Positions 62,715-64,000 of a stretch of DNA of 64,000 nt are shown here, one piece after another (the stretch's first letter is position 1; each line of letters starts with the position of its first letter). This DNA comes from Mobula hypostoma (taxonomy: Eukaryota): positions 82,648,001 to 82,712,000 of the forward strand of contig NC_086108.1 in NCBI RefSeq assembly GCF_963921235.1. Direction: 5' to 3'. The notes beneath the pieces are model-generated. The model had not been told where the DNA came from. It did not search any database and saw nothing but the letters and a program-made list of their open reading frames with translations. A program made the position numbers and the translations under genes.

Positions 62715-63100
62715 TCACACACATACAGGAATCTGGAGTAAAGAAAACATGCTGGAGGAACTGAGCAGGTCAATGCAGGGTGCTGATGTTGAGTATCAAC
62801 CTGAAATGTTGACAATTCCTTTTCTTCCACAGGTACTGCTCGGCCATCTTAGTTCTCCAGCAAATTGTTTGTTGCTCCGCAAAATAGGCATGTTTCCTTC
62901 TCCGTCAGCTTTCTCCGATTTTCTTGAAGGTATGGCACCCACAGCCAATGTATGAACACAAGATATGCTGGAAATCTAAAATAACACACACAAAAAAAAA
63001 CGCTGAACCCTTCCTGATGAAGGGTCTCGGCCCGAAGCATCAAGTATTTATTCCTCTTCATAGATGGCTCCTGACCAGCTCAGTTCCTCCACCATTTTCG
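62715..63100. mobile_element. Two adjacent Penelope-type repeats (~62715-62880 and ~62950-63100)
   Basis: Family arms. The second contains CTGATGA-AGGGTCTCGGCCC-GAAGCATC at 63014-63041. Confidence 0.65.
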
Positions 63101-64000
63101 GAGTAGCGAATGTAATGTATGATAATCTCTACCGACTTGCCCCTAGTCTCATTGATATTATCGACACTAACTTTTATTTTTTCAGTTAAACATTCCAGTT
63201 TGCTGTGGCTCTTTAGGTCTGTTGTTTGATTATTCAGAAGGGAACTGTGGGCATCAAACCATTCTAATGGAAGGAAGTACCAGACAGCTGTAAGTCCAGG
63301 ATATAGCAAATGACAGATGACGGTGCATTTTTCCTCCTTAAAGTCATCTTGATGGTGGTGACTTCATGTTCCTCATGCTTCAGTTTTGTCCAACTTTTTG
63401 AGGAGATGTATATCATACCTATAACATGGAAGTTCATTAACTCATCATTTCCAGGATTGTGTTTTAGCCTTTGTTAAAACACAATGTTTTGCTGCCTTTT
63501 CTTTAATCTAAGGCAATACTCTAGATTTCAGTGAGTCTCAAATGATCCCCATTTACCACCTACTTAGGTTTTCACATTTTCACTTAAAATGGCTTCAGGG
63601 CCTTTATTGTTTGTTCATTCTAATTCTGCTAAAATTTATCCCAGATTACCTAAAAATTTGCATGGCATTGCAAAAGCAGGGGAGTGAGATAAATTGGATA
63701 CTGTGAAAAATAAATGACACAGATACATTGAGCTGAACAGCTTCTTCCTTTACCATATTATTATATGAATGCTCATCTTCCATCCTATGGTCATGCACTC
63801 AATTAATCTTAATTTCCTCTTGAGAGAAAGGTTGACCCCAGGGCTGAGCTAATAAACCGTAAATCAGCAACTTATTTTACATGTTTGCTCCTATTTCTAT
63901 CTACAATTTTCTATTCTTAACATCTTTCTATCCTTAACATCTTTCTATCTTTAACAAAGAAGACTGACAGCTCTCTGGGAGTAAGAACAAGCTAGATTGT

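Noticed and set aside
63910..63956. 17-bp tandem repeat (ttaacatctttctatcc)
   Set aside because: Just over two units with no spacers; ordinary slippage, not a CRISPR-like array.

Overview
Vertebrate non-coding DNA. The repeat set (CR1 LINEs, Rex1/Babar LINEs, V-SINEs, Penelope-type palindromic elements, a Tc1 relic) suggests a cartilaginous fish, probably a ray; this is inference from family recognition, not a database search. I recognise no intact host protein-coding gene, tRNA, rRNA or known miRNA. The only recognisable protein homologies in the ORF track are broken transposon proteins. The window has three parts: a CpG-depleted, repeat-rich left flank (1-~4.7 kb); a ~30-kb AT-rich but CpG-retaining, largely transposon-poor domain (~4.8-35.1 kb) resembling a developmental regulatory region with no visible gene; and a CpG-depleted, repeat-dense right flank (35.2-64 kb) with nested CR1s and a decayed Ty3/gypsy element. 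The best leads are a possible decayed homeobox exon (6546-6746, minus) linked to a CCAAT/CTCF promoter-like site and perfect splice donor near 10 kb, a candidate spliced lncRNA on the plus strand, hammerhead-ribozyme relics in Penelope-type repeats, a 130-nt multi-branch hairpin ending in a T-tract (33122-33250), and a templated-insertion scar. Repeat boundaries were read by eye and are approximate.
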